A DNA stretch of 64,000 nt from an uncultured Candidatus Saccharibacteria bacterium (lineage in GTDB: Bacteria > Patescibacteriota > Minisyncoccia > Phycocordibacterales > UBA9973): the NCBI GenBank assembly GCA_964553015.1, contig CAZKJE010000001.1, positions 6,110 to 70,109 of the forward strand, in the 5' to 3' direction. A program made the position numbers and the translations under genes. The notes beneath the pieces are model-generated. The model was not told the DNA's origin. It saw nothing but the letters and a program-made list of their open reading frames with translations, and made no database searches. Below are positions 46,621 to 56,123 of the stretch, one piece after another. The stretch's first letter is position 1. Every line of letters begins with the position of its first letter.

Positions 46621-49392
46621 CTATAAAACTATGTTGATAAGTCGGTTTTTGACATAGATAACTTTTTTAATAGGCGAATTTTTTATATGCCTTTCTATAG
46701 TTTCATCTGCGAGAGCCTGATTCTTAATGTTTTCCTCTGTGTCCTCTGTGCTTATCATAAGTTCGGCGCGCACTTTTCCATTTATCTGCACAGCTATTTT
46801 CATTTCTTCATCAGTAATTTTATCGGCATCCCATTTCGGCCAACTGGAAAGATTTATAGACTTTTTCTCTCCGAGCATGCTCCATAATTCTTCTGCGATA
46901 TGTGGTGCAAACGGAGCCAGAATCTGCAGAAATTTTTTATAATCTTCTTTACTAATTTCGCCCTTATCCATTTCATTTACGAGGACCATCATGGAAGATA
47001 CAGCCGTATTAAATCGCATGTCTTCTATGTCTTCCGAAACTTTTTTGATCGTTTTATGTAGAAGTTTCTGAGGTTTTGGCACAGAAAAATTTGAACCGTG
47101 TCCTGACCCACTTCCAGCTAAAGCGGGCGAATTTTTCTGCTGCGAAAATTTTATCCCTATTCTCCAAACTTTTTCCAAAAATCTCCTAGGGCCTATCATG
47201 CTATTTGTACTCCAAGATACTGATTGGTCAAAAGGCCCCATAAACATTTCGTACAGGCGAAGCGTGTCTGCGCCGTAGGTTTTTATTAAATCATCCGGAT
47301 TTACTACGTTGCCTTTGGATTTAGACATCTTCTCTCCCTCTTCCGCTAAAATAAGCCCGTGCGAGGTGCGTTTCATGTATGGTTCGCTGGTCGGTACTAA
47401 TTTCAAATCATATAAAAACTTATGCCAGAAACGCGAATACAGCAAATGGAGCGTCGTGTGCTCCATGCCCCCGTTGTACCAGTCAACGGGCGTCCAATAT
47501 TTTAAATTTTTTTTGCTGGCAAATTCTTTATTATTTTTTGGGTCAGTATATCGCAAGTAATACCAGCTCGAGCCAGCCCAATTCGGCATAGTATCCGTTT
47601 CTCTTTTGGCCCTCCCCTTACACTTCGGACATTTTACATTTACCCACGACTTTATATCGGCAAGCGGACTCTCTCCATTGTCTGTAGGTTTATATTTTGC
47701 CACCTTCGGCAGAACTACCGGCAAATCTTTTTCGGGCACCGGCACCCAAGTATTTGAGCAAGGACTCCCCTTGCTCATGCAATAGATTAGGGGTATAGGT
47801 TCGCCCCAATAACGCTGGCGGGAAAAAATCCAATCGCGAAGCTTGAAAGTGGTTTTTTCTTTTCCGCCGACAAATTTTATGATTTCTTTCCTAGCGATTT
47901 GCGAATCCAGACCGTCAAATTTGCCCGAATTGATTAGTATTCCGTCTCCCGAATAAACTTCTTGCCCATTTATTAACTCAAGGGCACGACGATGAGAATC
48001 CGCAGTCAAGTTTTTCTTGAGTTCATCTTTTGTAAGCCAAATTACATCATGAATTTCTTTTTCTTCCTCTGTAATATTTTCACATTTATTATCCTGTAAC
48101 TCAAAAACCATAGTATGCGAATGCGCGTAGCGATTGACCCCCTTTGGAACATGGTAAAACTTACCATGTAATCGTCCTAAATTAGAAATTAACTTTAAAT
48201 TTATATATCCTGTTTCTTCTTTGATTTCCATCCGTGCAGCTTCTTCAGGTGTTTGATTTTTCTCAATGCCTCCCGTAATAAATGTCGTCCAAGCTACTTT
48301 TTTCCAACGCAATGCTATATATTTTTCTTCAGACCAGTGCTTAACAATAGCAATAATTGCATCTCTGTGTTCAATGGGCAGATCTTCCCTTATTTTCCCA
48401 GGTTCTGTGGTCTGAAAAAAAGACGGCTCAATCACTTGTCTTATCGGCAAATTATATTTTTTAGCAAATTCAAAATCGCGCTCATCGTGCGCAGGCACGG
48501 CCATTATCGCTCCGGTGCCGATTTCTGACATAACATATTCCGCTTCCCAAACAGGGATTTTTTCTTTGGTTGCCGGATTAGTGACATATCGGCCGGTGAA
48601 TTTATCTTTCTCTCCGGCAATGGCGACAAAAGTGGCACCAAAAATCGTATCCGGCCTAGTAGTAAAAATATCTATACTGCCTTCTTCTCCTGCAAATTTA
48701 ATCACTGCCCCATTTTTCTTCCCTATCCAATTCCTCTGCTGAATTTTTATTTTTTCTAAATAGTTAACTGTATCTAAATCCTTATCCAGCCGCTCTGCAT
48801 ACTTTGTAATTGCCAGCATCCACTGCTCTTTTTCTCGCTTTTCTGTGGGGTTACCGCAGCGTTCGCACATGCCATCTATCACTTCTTCGTTGGCTAGGCC
48901 GATTTTGTCTACTGGACACCAGTTTATTTCAGTTTTGCTTTTATAAGCCAGACCTTTTTTATAAAATTGTAAAAATATCCATTGCGTCCATTTGTAATAT
49001 TTTGGATCGGTAGTATTTATTTCTCGCGACCAGTCAAAAGAAAAACCGAGAGCCTTGAGTTGTCGTCTAAACGTGTCAGTGTTTGTTTTAGTAACTTTTG
49101 TCGGATGAATGCCAGTCTTGATGGCATAGTTTTCCGTTGGTAATCCGAAGGCATCCCAGCCTATCGGATAAAGCACATTGTACCCTTCCATCCGGCGTTT
49201 GCGGGAAATGATGTCCATCGCAGTATTGGAGCGTATATGCCCCACATGAAGCCCCGAACCGGACGGATAAGGGAATTCTATCAAGCTATAAAATTTCGGC
49301 TTTTTAGAATTATCTTTTACTTGATAGATTTTATTTTTCTCCCATTCTTTCTGCCATTTTTTTTCGATTTTTAAATGGTTATATTCTGTCAT
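46621..49392 (-). CDS. leuS: Leucine--tRNA ligase with an inserted Nudix-like domain
   Basis: HVGH, the CP1 editing domain (TTRPDTIFGATFVAIA, GTGAIMAVPAHDERDFEFAKKYNLPI), KMSKS. Residues about 323-482 form an extra domain with the Nudix box GGIEKNQTPEEAARMEIKEETGY. Confidence 0.9.
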   Translation of the reverse strand: MTEYNHLKIEKKWQKEWEKNKIYQVKDNSKKPKFYSLIEFPYPSGSGLHVGHIRSNTAMDIISRKRRMEGYNVLYPIGWDAFGLPTENYAIKTGIHPTKVTKTNTDTFRRQLKALGFSFDWSREINTTDPKYYKWTQWIFLQFYKKGLAYKSKTEINWCPVDKIGLANEEVIDGMCERCGNPTEKREKEQWMLAITKYAERLDKDLDTVNYLEKIKIQQRNWIGKKNGAVIKFAGEEGSIDIFTTRPDTIFGATFVAIAGEKDKFTGRYVTNPATKEKIPVWEAEYVMSEIGTGAIMAVPAHDERDFEFAKKYNLPIRQVIEPSFFQTTEPGKIREDLPIEHRDAIIAIVKHWSEEKYIALRWKKVAWTTFITGGIEKNQTPEEAARMEIKEETGYINLKLISNLGRLHGKFYHVPKGVNRYAHSHTMVFELQDNKCENITEEEKEIHDVIWLTKDELKKNLTADSHRRALELINGQEVYSGDGILINSGKFDGLDSQIARKEIIKFVGGKEKTTFKLRDWIFSRQRYWGEPIPLIYCMSKGSPCSNTWVPVPEKDLPVVLPKVAKYKPTDNGESPLADIKSWVNVKCPKCKGRAKRETDTMPNWAGSSWYYLRYTDPKNNKEFASKKNLKYWTPVDWYNGGMEHTTLHLLYSRFWHKFLYDLKLVPTSEPYMKRTSHGLILAEEGEKMSKSKGNVVNPDDLIKTYGADTLRLYEMFMGPFDQSVSWSTNSMIGPRRFLEKVWRIGIKFSQQKNSPALAGSGSGHGSNFSVPKPQKLLHKTIKKVSEDIEDMRFNTAVSSMMVLVNEMDKGEISKEDYKKFLQILAPFAPHIAEELWSMLGEKKSINLSSWPKWDADKITDEEMKIAVQINGKVRAELMISTEDTEENIKNQALADETIERHIKNSPIKKVIYVKNRLINIVL

Positions 49393-49394
49393 TG

Positions 49395-50423
49395 TTATCT
49401 TACTGGTTTTGGGAACGGCGGGTATAGATCTTTATCTATAGTGCGAAGAAAACAAGTTCGTCCGGCTTCATGGCTCCACGATTCATTTGTGCCGCCGCCC
49501 GGATACGGGTAAGACACAGCCGCGTCTTTCTCGTAATACGGCATCATAGGAGGTATCCCTCCTCCGTAACTGTACTCCCTCCAGCCTTTCGGTATGGGTT
49601 GAGAAAAGGTAGCGCAAAGTTCAAACTGAAGAGAACCTTTCACTGCATACTCGTATGTTTTTCCTTTTTCAAATTCAGGTTCTACGGGCAAGGACCATCC
49701 GGAAATCGGGTCCGCCAGCTCGCTTAATGTTGCCGGTAATTTTTCTTTCTGCTGCCAGAAGTTAATTACCTGATATTGGATAGTCTGCAAATCATTTACT
49801 CTCCTGTCGTCTAAACGGAGAGATCTCTGCTTCATAGGACTGCCGAGAATAGCAAAACTGTAACTGACGGCCGTTATCACAATGACAATTCCCACGCCTC
49901 CCAAAATCATGCCGAGTTTTGATTGTGTTTCTTCTTTGGCTTTAAGATTACGTACATAGTAAAAACCTACAAGTCCGGCCACTATTAATACAGTTATAAC
50001 TTTATAAATAAATCTTGAAGTTATTTCTCCGGAAATAAAATACCTGACAAGCGTAACGAGATCGCCAGCGATAACAAGAGAAGAAAGAAAAAGAATAATA
50101 TATATCACCCATTTTTTAAACATCTCGTCGATCTGCCCCAAATACATCTTTGAAAATTTATTCCAAAAATAAGATATTGTGAGGAATATCGGAAAAACTA
50201 TTATGAGGGTTGCGAGCGCCGTGCGGATACCTTCATATTCGTACGTAGAATATCCGTATTGATAACTGGAATTTAAAACATCGGGAAAACGCTTGTTCAA
50301 TGTTTCAAAAACAAGATTTAGAAAAGATACGACCGAAGTTATTAAGGTTATTAATACCCCCAGACACAAGAAAAAGAACCCGACATTAAACTTTGAACTT
50401 ATAACGTTTGTTTGTGTTTCCAT
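49395..50423 (-). CDS. Hypothetical membrane protein with a C-terminal extracytoplasmic domain
   Basis: Five to six TM helices then a roughly 130-aa soluble domain. No motif recognised. Confidence 0.35.
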   Translation of the reverse strand: METQTNVISSKFNVGFFFLCLGVLITLITSVVSFLNLVFETLNKRFPDVLNSSYQYGYSTYEYEGIRTALATLIIVFPIFLTISYFWNKFSKMYLGQIDEMFKKWVIYIILFLSSLVIAGDLVTLVRYFISGEITSRFIYKVITVLIVAGLVGFYYVRNLKAKEETQSKLGMILGGVGIVIVITAVSYSFAILGSPMKQRSLRLDDRRVNDLQTIQYQVINFWQQKEKLPATLSELADPISGWSLPVEPEFEKGKTYEYAVKGSLQFELCATFSQPIPKGWREYSYGGGIPPMMPYYEKDAAVSYPYPGGGTNESWSHEAGRTCFLRTIDKDLYPPFPKPVR

Positions 50424-50468
50424 GTCTATTATTATATCATATGTAAATTAGGCAACAATAGAGAATAT

Positions 50469-50849
50469 ATGCGGAAAAAATTCGAGAATTTTTCAAAAAA
50501 ATTGACTCGCTGGATTGGTTCGCCCCAGTCTATATTGGTGCACACTCTTTTTTTTGCGGGAATGTTAGGCCTGCGGTTATTTGGCATATCCTCTTCGGAT
50601 GTTCTGCTAATTTTAACAACTGTTGTATCCCTTGAAGCGATATATTTATCAATTTTTATACAAATGACGGTAAATCAGCATGCGCAGGAGCTGGAAGAAG
50701 TTTCTGAAGACATTGGAGAAATTCAGGAAGACGTGGAAGAAATTCAGGAGAACGTCGACGAGATTCAGGAAGACGTTGAGGATATTCAGGAAGAAATTCA
50801 GGATGAAGAAAATGGGCCGGTGCTGCCGGAACAAAATAAATCTATTTAA
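50469..50849 (+). CDS. Small 2-TM membrane protein (DUF1003-like) with an acidic heptad-repeat tail
   Basis: The ORF begins at 50412 and overlaps the upstream gene. The likely start is the Met at 50469. C-terminal EIQEDVEEIQENVDEIQEDVEDIQEEIQDEE. Confidence 0.4.
   Translation: MRKKFENFSKKLTRWIGSPQSILVHTLFFAGMLGLRLFGISSSDVLLILTTVVSLEAIYLSIFIQMTVNQHAQELEEVSEDIGEIQEDVEEIQENVDEIQEDVEDIQEEIQDEENGPVLPEQNKSI
50716..50805 (+). repeat. Tandem 21-nt coding repeat (4+ units) encoding the EIQEDVE heptad
   Basis: gaaattcaggaagacgtggaa / gaaattcaggagaacgtcgac / gagattcaggaagacgttgag / gatattcaggaagaaattcag. Confidence 0.7.
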
Positions 50850-51777
50850 CAGAGTGCCAAATAGCTGTATTAGCAAGCGGAATGATGCGACTGTTTGATC
50901 TTTCTAGAACGCAAAGCTCTCCCTGTTCTGTTTTTCCCTCAAAACTTTTCATCATATCTTCTAGCGCGTAGCCGAGAGATAGTGACGAAGAATCTATCGC
51001 GTACGAAGTTATAATTACAAAAAGCGGCTTATCAGAGAGAACTTTTTTTACTTGTGCAAGAAGTTTCGGGAGCATTTCTTCTATTTTCCAGACTTCGCCT
51101 TTTGGCCCCCTGCCAAATTTCGGCGGGTCCATGATAATCGCATCATATTTATTTCCCCTCTTTTCTTCCCTTTCTAAAAACTTTATAACGTCATCTTCTA
51201 TAACCCTCATAGGTGCAGGAGCAAGCTCAGCGTTTAATTGTTGGTTTTCCTTGGCCCAGTTCAAAGTCTGTTTTGAGGCATCTACGTGCGTCACTTCCGC
51301 GCCGGCCCGCAAAGCAAACAAACTTGCTACTCCGGTATAGCCAAATAAGTTTAAAAATTTCACTTGTCCGCCTCTGGCGGATTTTGCTTTTTTTATTTCA
51401 TTTTCTATAAAATCCCAGTGGCTCGCCTGCTCTGGGAAAAATCCCAAATGCCGAAAAGGCGTCGGGGTCGCCAAAAATTTAATGTCCCTATATTCCATCT
51501 CCCACTTAAAAGGACGGTCCTTAAGAGAGTTTCCCAAAGGACCGTCCTTGGATATAACCCAGCCCTTTTTTGCCCCCTGTTTTGAGCTCCAAAATTTTCC
51601 ATCTGCACTCTTCCACATTTGTTTAACACTCGGTGTTGAACATTTCGGCCAGACAGCATCTTCGTATGGGCGAATAAAAACATATTGCCCGAACCGCTCG
51701 AGCTTCTCTCCTTCGCCGGTATCTAAAAGCTCATAATCTTTCCATTCTTTTGAGTAAAAAAGTTTAATTTCTTTCAT
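50842..51777 (-). CDS. Class I SAM-dependent rRNA methyltransferase (RlmI/RlmK-like)
   Basis: N-terminal PUA-like region, methyltransferase motif I LNLFGYTGVASLFA, motif IV DAIIMDPPKF. 311 aa. Confidence 0.7.
   Translation of the reverse strand: MKEIKLFYSKEWKDYELLDTGEGEKLERFGQYVFIRPYEDAVWPKCSTPSVKQMWKSADGKFWSSKQGAKKGWVISKDGPLGNSLKDRPFKWEMEYRDIKFLATPTPFRHLGFFPEQASHWDFIENEIKKAKSARGGQVKFLNLFGYTGVASLFALRAGAEVTHVDASKQTLNWAKENQQLNAELAPAPMRVIEDDVIKFLEREEKRGNKYDAIIMDPPKFGRGPKGEVWKIEEMLPKLLAQVKKVLSDKPLFVIITSYAIDSSSLSLGYALEDMMKSFEGKTEQGELCVLERSNSRIIPLANTAIWHSVK
51621..51642. repeat. REP-like hairpin copy embedded in-frame in the methyltransferase ORF
   Basis: GTTTAACACTCGGTGTTGAACA has the same stems as the transposase-flanking repeat with an inverted loop. 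It encodes CSTPSVK. Confidence 0.6.
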
Positions 51778-51778
51778 G

Positions 51779-52597
51779 TTATATCAAAAATTCTATTACG
51801 TCGCCATCTTGCACTATATATTCTTTGCCTTCCGTACGCACCCAACCTTTTTCGCGGGCTTTGGCAAAACTTCCGGCTTCTATGAGTTGCACGTATGAGA
51901 CGACTTCCGCGCGGATAAATTTCTGCTGAAAATCGGTATGGATAGAACGGCCCGCAAAAGGCGCAGTTGCTCCGCGTAAAGTTGTCCAAGCCCGCGATTC
52001 ATCTTCTCCGGTGGTGAAAAAAGTAATCAAGTTTAATAAATCATATCCGGCATTAATTAAATTATCCAAACCCGTTCCAAACACAGGATCTACTTCTATA
52101 AAAGGGCCGGGCAATTTCGCCATAAAATCATTCTTTATATTTTCTGCTGCTTCTGATTTATTTAATACATAAAGTGTCGGCTTTTTTATCCCTGCCTGCT
52201 CCAGTTCAAAATTTATAACTTCAATATCGAACATGGGGTCTACTTTATCATGCACGTGAATGGTATTTGGATCTTCAAAAATTCGCACGACTTCAATGAT
52301 TGCGTCCACCTCGCGTATGTGGGATAGAAATTTATTACCGAGCCCTGCCCCCTCCGAAGCGCCTTTCACGAGTCCGGCAATATCTACAAATTCCACTACC
52401 GCGGGAATAGTTTTTTTAGATTTGGAAATTTCTGAAAGTTTGTTTAGTCTCTCGTCCGGTACAGGCACAATCCCCACCGATGGATCAATGGTACAAAATG
52501 GATAATTCTCCGCCGGCACGCCTTTTTTAGTAAGTGCATTAAAAAGCGTGGACTTTCCCACGTTTGGCAGACCGACGATTCCGATTGACAGCGACAT
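51779..52597 (-). CDS. ychF: Ribosome-binding ATPase YchF (short form)
   Basis: G1 GIVGLPNVGKSTLFNA, G3 FVDIAGLV, TGS domain (TGEDESRAWT...GRSIHTDFQQKFIRAEV). At 272 aa the helical insert is reduced. Confidence 0.8.
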   Translation of the reverse strand: MSLSIGIVGLPNVGKSTLFNALTKKGVPAENYPFCTIDPSVGIVPVPDERLNKLSEISKSKKTIPAVVEFVDIAGLVKGASEGAGLGNKFLSHIREVDAIIEVVRIFEDPNTIHVHDKVDPMFDIEVINFELEQAGIKKPTLYVLNKSEAAENIKNDFMAKLPGPFIEVDPVFGTGLDNLINAGYDLLNLITFFTTGEDESRAWTTLRGATAPFAGRSIHTDFQQKFIRAEVVSYVQLIEAGSFAKAREKGWVRTEGKEYIVQDGDVIEFLI

Positions 52598-52639
52598 ATG
52601 GAAAATATAACAGAAAAAACCTAATTTTCAAAAGAATTT

Positions 52640-53026
52640 CTATTCCTCGAAATTCACTTCAAAACTATACATCCCCATTCCGCACAGGCCATTAAGCGGC
52701 TCACCTGCCTTAGGAGTTCCTATATCTATTTCTGTTTCTCCGGTTTTAGGCAAAATTTTCTGGAACCCAAGAGACCGGATCACCAAGGCGGAAGAACAGT
52801 CAAAGGTGTTGTTTGTATCTACGATAAGCTTCGTAGGAATTCCGGCTTTGGCGGTAGATACCGACGGCGAATATCCGCCTTTGGCATTTATTCTGACATA
52901 CTGAATACCATTTTTTATTTCCACATTCTGAAGGGAGGCAGGCCGACTAGAGCCGTTTCCCCAAAAAATAAAACCAAAAACAAACAGTAGGGCTATGCTT
53001 AATATTATGAGAGCTGTTTTGTTCAT
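52640..53026 (-). CDS. Cupredoxin-like copper-binding protein (secreted/membrane-anchored)
   Basis: N-terminal TM/signal, a beta-rich domain ending GEPLNGLCGMGMYSFEVNF (Cys plus Met-rich, as in Cupredoxin_1-type proteins). Confidence 0.45.
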   Translation of the reverse strand: MNKTALIILSIALLFVFGFIFWGNGSSRPASLQNVEIKNGIQYVRINAKGGYSPSVSTAKAGIPTKLIVDTNNTFDCSSALVIRSLGFQKILPKTGETEIDIGTPKAGEPLNGLCGMGMYSFEVNFEE

Positions 53027-53045
53027 AAAATAATTATATCACAAT

Positions 53046-54065
53046 TTATATACTGAATAATGGAGGGATAAAGCCCAGTCCTGCAAGTCCTGCGAGTAAT
53101 GAAAACAATCCGAGCCCTATGACTACTACGCCCGCGGATTTAAAGAACAGGGGTGCATGCTTCCCGTGCGCAAAAGATGCCGACCCAAAAGATAGGAGCG
53201 CAAGCATCGGCAGTGTTCCTAAAGCAAATGCAAACATAATTACCGCTCCGGCGCCAAAAGACCCGCTCGAAAGCGCCACGACCTGCATTGACTGTGTAAA
53301 TCCGCAAGGCAGAAAAAAAGTTCCGAAACCGATAATGAGAGGCGTAAAAGTTTTGTGCTCTATTTTTCTGAAAAAATTAAACACTCCTGTTGGCAGAGTA
53401 ATTTTACTTTTTGCAAATATGCCGACTAAGTTTAAGCCAAGAGCTAGCATGACAAGCGAAGCGATAATTCCCAAAATAGCCGTGAAAGTAAAATTTATTC
53501 CTATTGCCTTGCCGAGCGCTCCCAAAACTCCGCCTAAAATTGCAAAACTAAACAATCTGCCGGCGTGGAAAAGCAGGAAAGTTTTTGTATCGCTTACGTT
53601 GTCTTCCGATATTTTCGCCGACAGAGATAGCACCAAGCCTCCGACGACAGCCAGACAACTGGAAACCGAAGCAACCAGCCCAATAATAAAACTGGTAACG
53701 TAAGTAGTTTGACCGCCAATGCCAAAATTCAGGATTCCAGATTTTTGCAGCAGAAAAAATAAAACCAAGAACACGAGCCCGATAGGTATGGCTTTCCAGA
53801 TGATATCATCGTCCTGTTTTTCTTTAATTATTTTTTCTACAGAAAGAGTATAGCCATTTGGTTGTATTTTTTCAGTTAATATCTCCGCAAGTTCTTCCGG
53901 AGTTTTTTCACTTTCGGTTTCAATCAGGATTTTTTCCTTATTCAGATCTACCTGAACTTTTTTTACCGATTCTTGTTCACCCAAAATATCTTCAATCAAT
54001 ATTTTACACGAGGCACAGTGCGTGCCGGAAACGTGAAATGTATGGGTTTTTTGGCCTGTTTTCAT
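53046..54065 (-). CDS. Heavy-metal-associated (HMA) domain fused to a DsbD/CcdA-like polytopic membrane domain
   Basis: N-terminal HVSGTHCASC ferredoxin-like metal-binding domain. Membrane domain with conserved Cys (SSC, LPCGF). Confidence 0.55.
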   Translation of the reverse strand: MKTGQKTHTFHVSGTHCASCKILIEDILGEQESVKKVQVDLNKEKILIETESEKTPEELAEILTEKIQPNGYTLSVEKIIKEKQDDDIIWKAIPIGLVFLVLFFLLQKSGILNFGIGGQTTYVTSFIIGLVASVSSCLAVVGGLVLSLSAKISEDNVSDTKTFLLFHAGRLFSFAILGGVLGALGKAIGINFTFTAILGIIASLVMLALGLNLVGIFAKSKITLPTGVFNFFRKIEHKTFTPLIIGFGTFFLPCGFTQSMQVVALSSGSFGAGAVIMFAFALGTLPMLALLSFGSASFAHGKHAPLFFKSAGVVVIGLGLFSLLAGLAGLGFIPPLFSI

Positions 54066-54097
54066 TTGCCTATACTAGCACAAAAAATAAATTAATG

Positions 54098-54835
54098 TCA
54101 GGCTAAGAAAAATTTTTTAATTTCATCTACTGTTTCATTTAGATGTTTAAGCGGTGCATAGTGGCCACCCCGCAAAGTCTTTGTCATTACATTTTTTTGA
54201 GCAATATGATTATTAGAAAGCAGATCATTGTCTGCTATGATATTTAAGACCGGCACGGAAATTGAAGAGAGTAGTGGCAGCCCGCTGGTATCAAGAACAA
54301 TATTTTTAAAAGTATCACTCAAACTTTTAAACGTATGTAAATGATAATCCGAAAAAACAAGATCCGGTATATATGACGGTTTCAAAAACTTGAAGAAACG
54401 CATCAGATTATGCTGGCAAAGAATATTGCAGGCTGTCCGAGAAAAATTCGGTGCGTGTAAAAGGTAGTATCCCCAACCGATTTTGCTCTTCAAAATAATT
54501 TTTTCAGCTTCATTTTCTTCTTTGAACAATGGAGCATTCAAGAGCACAATTTTGCTTACTTTGCTTGGATTTTCCTTCGCCCAAGCCAGCGCCAAAATGC
54601 CACCCATAGAATGCCCAACTAGAAAAATTTCTCCCTTAGGAAACTTCTTTAAAATTTGAGAATTAATATAGGCAAGATGTTCTGAGAGTGTAAAATTCAT
54701 ACCTAGATCTTTGTTTTCTCCAAACCCAAGAAGATCAAAAGAAAGCGTCCGAGCGCCGAATTCCTTAAAAGACTTTTCCATTTCTTGAAAAAAATTTTTT
54801 GAGGCCGCAAGCCCATGTAAGAAAACTATTTGCAT
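54098..54835 (-). CDS. Alpha/beta hydrolase
   Basis: Nucleophile elbow GHSMGG with an HGL oxyanion region near the N-terminus. 245 aa. Confidence 0.65.
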   Translation of the reverse strand: MQIVFLHGLAASKNFFQEMEKSFKEFGARTLSFDLLGFGENKDLGMNFTLSEHLAYINSQILKKFPKGEIFLVGHSMGGILALAWAKENPSKVSKIVLLNAPLFKEENEAEKIILKSKIGWGYYLLHAPNFSRTACNILCQHNLMRFFKFLKPSYIPDLVFSDYHLHTFKSLSDTFKNIVLDTSGLPLLSSISVPVLNIIADNDLLSNNHIAQKNVMTKTLRGGHYAPLKHLNETVDEIKKFFLA

Positions 54836-54909
54836 TGAGTTATTCTTTAATTAAAGATTCCACAAGAATGTCCTGTCTGACCATTATTTAATTAATGCTA
54901 ATAATTTAC

Positions 54910-55440
54910 TTAGACTGGAGCCTTTTCGGGCGCTCTGTCGTTATTTGTTTCTATGAATTCTTTGATTTTACTTTCATCAACTGTATCAAGTTTTAGAAGG
55001 TAGCCCCAAGACGTCAGAGCGACGGGAACATCCAGATCTTTGCGGGCTAACATTATTTTCTTGCCATCAGCGCCGATGAATGCTTTTTTGATTTTATCCA
55101 CCTCACCTTGCTCCAGGTCTTCTCTATACCAAACCACTGCCGCACCATGCTCCATACTATGAAGCACGAGTTCGTCAGGGACTGTCTCATCTTTTATTCC
55201 CGGCCCTGCTACGCCTGCCCAATGCGGTCCGGAAGTCGGAGGGTTTGATTTATATGCCGGATGCGTTTCATTGCGACCAACATGCCCTCTACCCTCATCA
55301 GCCATTTTTTCTCCCATCATAACTTTGCTAAGTTTTTCTTGATTTTTAGCTCCTTCTTTACTTGAAAACCATACTCCCCCAGCCATAATAATTAATGTTA
55401 ATAATGTAATTCCTCCTACTACTTTATGTTCTGTTGTCAT
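54910..55440 (-). CDS. DUF3105-domain membrane-anchored protein
   Basis: N-terminal TM, PPTSGPHW and HSMEHGAAVVWY motifs typical of DUF3105. Confidence 0.5.
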   Translation of the reverse strand: MTTEHKVVGGITLLTLIIMAGGVWFSSKEGAKNQEKLSKVMMGEKMADEGRGHVGRNETHPAYKSNPPTSGPHWAGVAGPGIKDETVPDELVLHSMEHGAAVVWYREDLEQGEVDKIKKAFIGADGKKIMLARKDLDVPVALTSWGYLLKLDTVDESKIKEFIETNNDRAPEKAPV

Positions 55441-55459
55441 AATATTTTAATTTAAATTT

Positions 55460-56122
55460 TTACGCATTGCAACCAGTTTTTTCTATTTTTGGAAACCAAT
55501 AACCATTTACCTCTTCTGCAATTTTATACATTTCTTCTTCGCCGGCCTCCTCCGAGGCCATGAGTTCCAAGAGTCCTAGCATGGCCATGCCGTGATTGCA
55601 GTCGGGAAAATAAGCAGGGTTCTTGCAGCAAGGTCGGAAAATATTTTTTGAGACTTTTTCAACCAATACTTGCTGTTCTGGAGTCAGGGTTACAAATTCA
55701 TGCATGCTGTAATGATCCATCGCGCCACCTTTAGCCAAGGTCCAGCCGCCAGTGGAGGCGAAATTGCCTGCTCCGCCATATTTGGGATCCATCATCGGAC
55801 CGTTTTCAAGAATTGGGTTTTTATTTGAGAGTCCGAACGCCCAGAGCATATTTAGCATCATTCCGGAATTTTCAGACGTAATCTTTACTTTGCCGTTTGC
55901 GCCATCATACAACAATTTCTTATCCGCTTCCGAAAGTCCGCCTCTTTGGCTGTATAGATTTTCAAACTTTTTTGTATCTATCACGCCCGCTTCTGCCATT
56001 TTTACTCCCAAGCTGCCCCATTCCAGAGCGGAGAACACTGCCTGCTCTACTGGCGTCAGGCCTAAAAGCAATATTCCGGCAATGACGAGTGAGGCATATA
56101 AAATTTCTTTTAATTTTTTCAT
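55460..56122 (-). CDS. Hypothetical extracytoplasmic Cys-rich protein (PCC-x8-C-x-HG motif)
   Basis: N-terminal TM/signal. C-terminal FRPCCKNPAYFPDCNHGMA plus a terminal GCNA. No family recognised. Confidence 0.35.
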   Translation of the reverse strand: MKKLKEILYASLVIAGILLLGLTPVEQAVFSALEWGSLGVKMAEAGVIDTKKFENLYSQRGGLSEADKKLLYDGANGKVKITSENSGMMLNMLWAFGLSNKNPILENGPMMDPKYGGAGNFASTGGWTLAKGGAMDHYSMHEFVTLTPEQQVLVEKVSKNIFRPCCKNPAYFPDCNHGMAMLGLLELMASEEAGEEEMYKIAEEVNGYWFPKIEKTGCNA

Positions 56123-56123
56123 A

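Noticed and set aside
50716-50805. Possible CRISPR array
   Set aside because: The 21-nt periodic repeat is contiguous with no spacers and lies inside an ORF encoding an acidic heptad. No CRISPR arrays are present elsewhere in the window.
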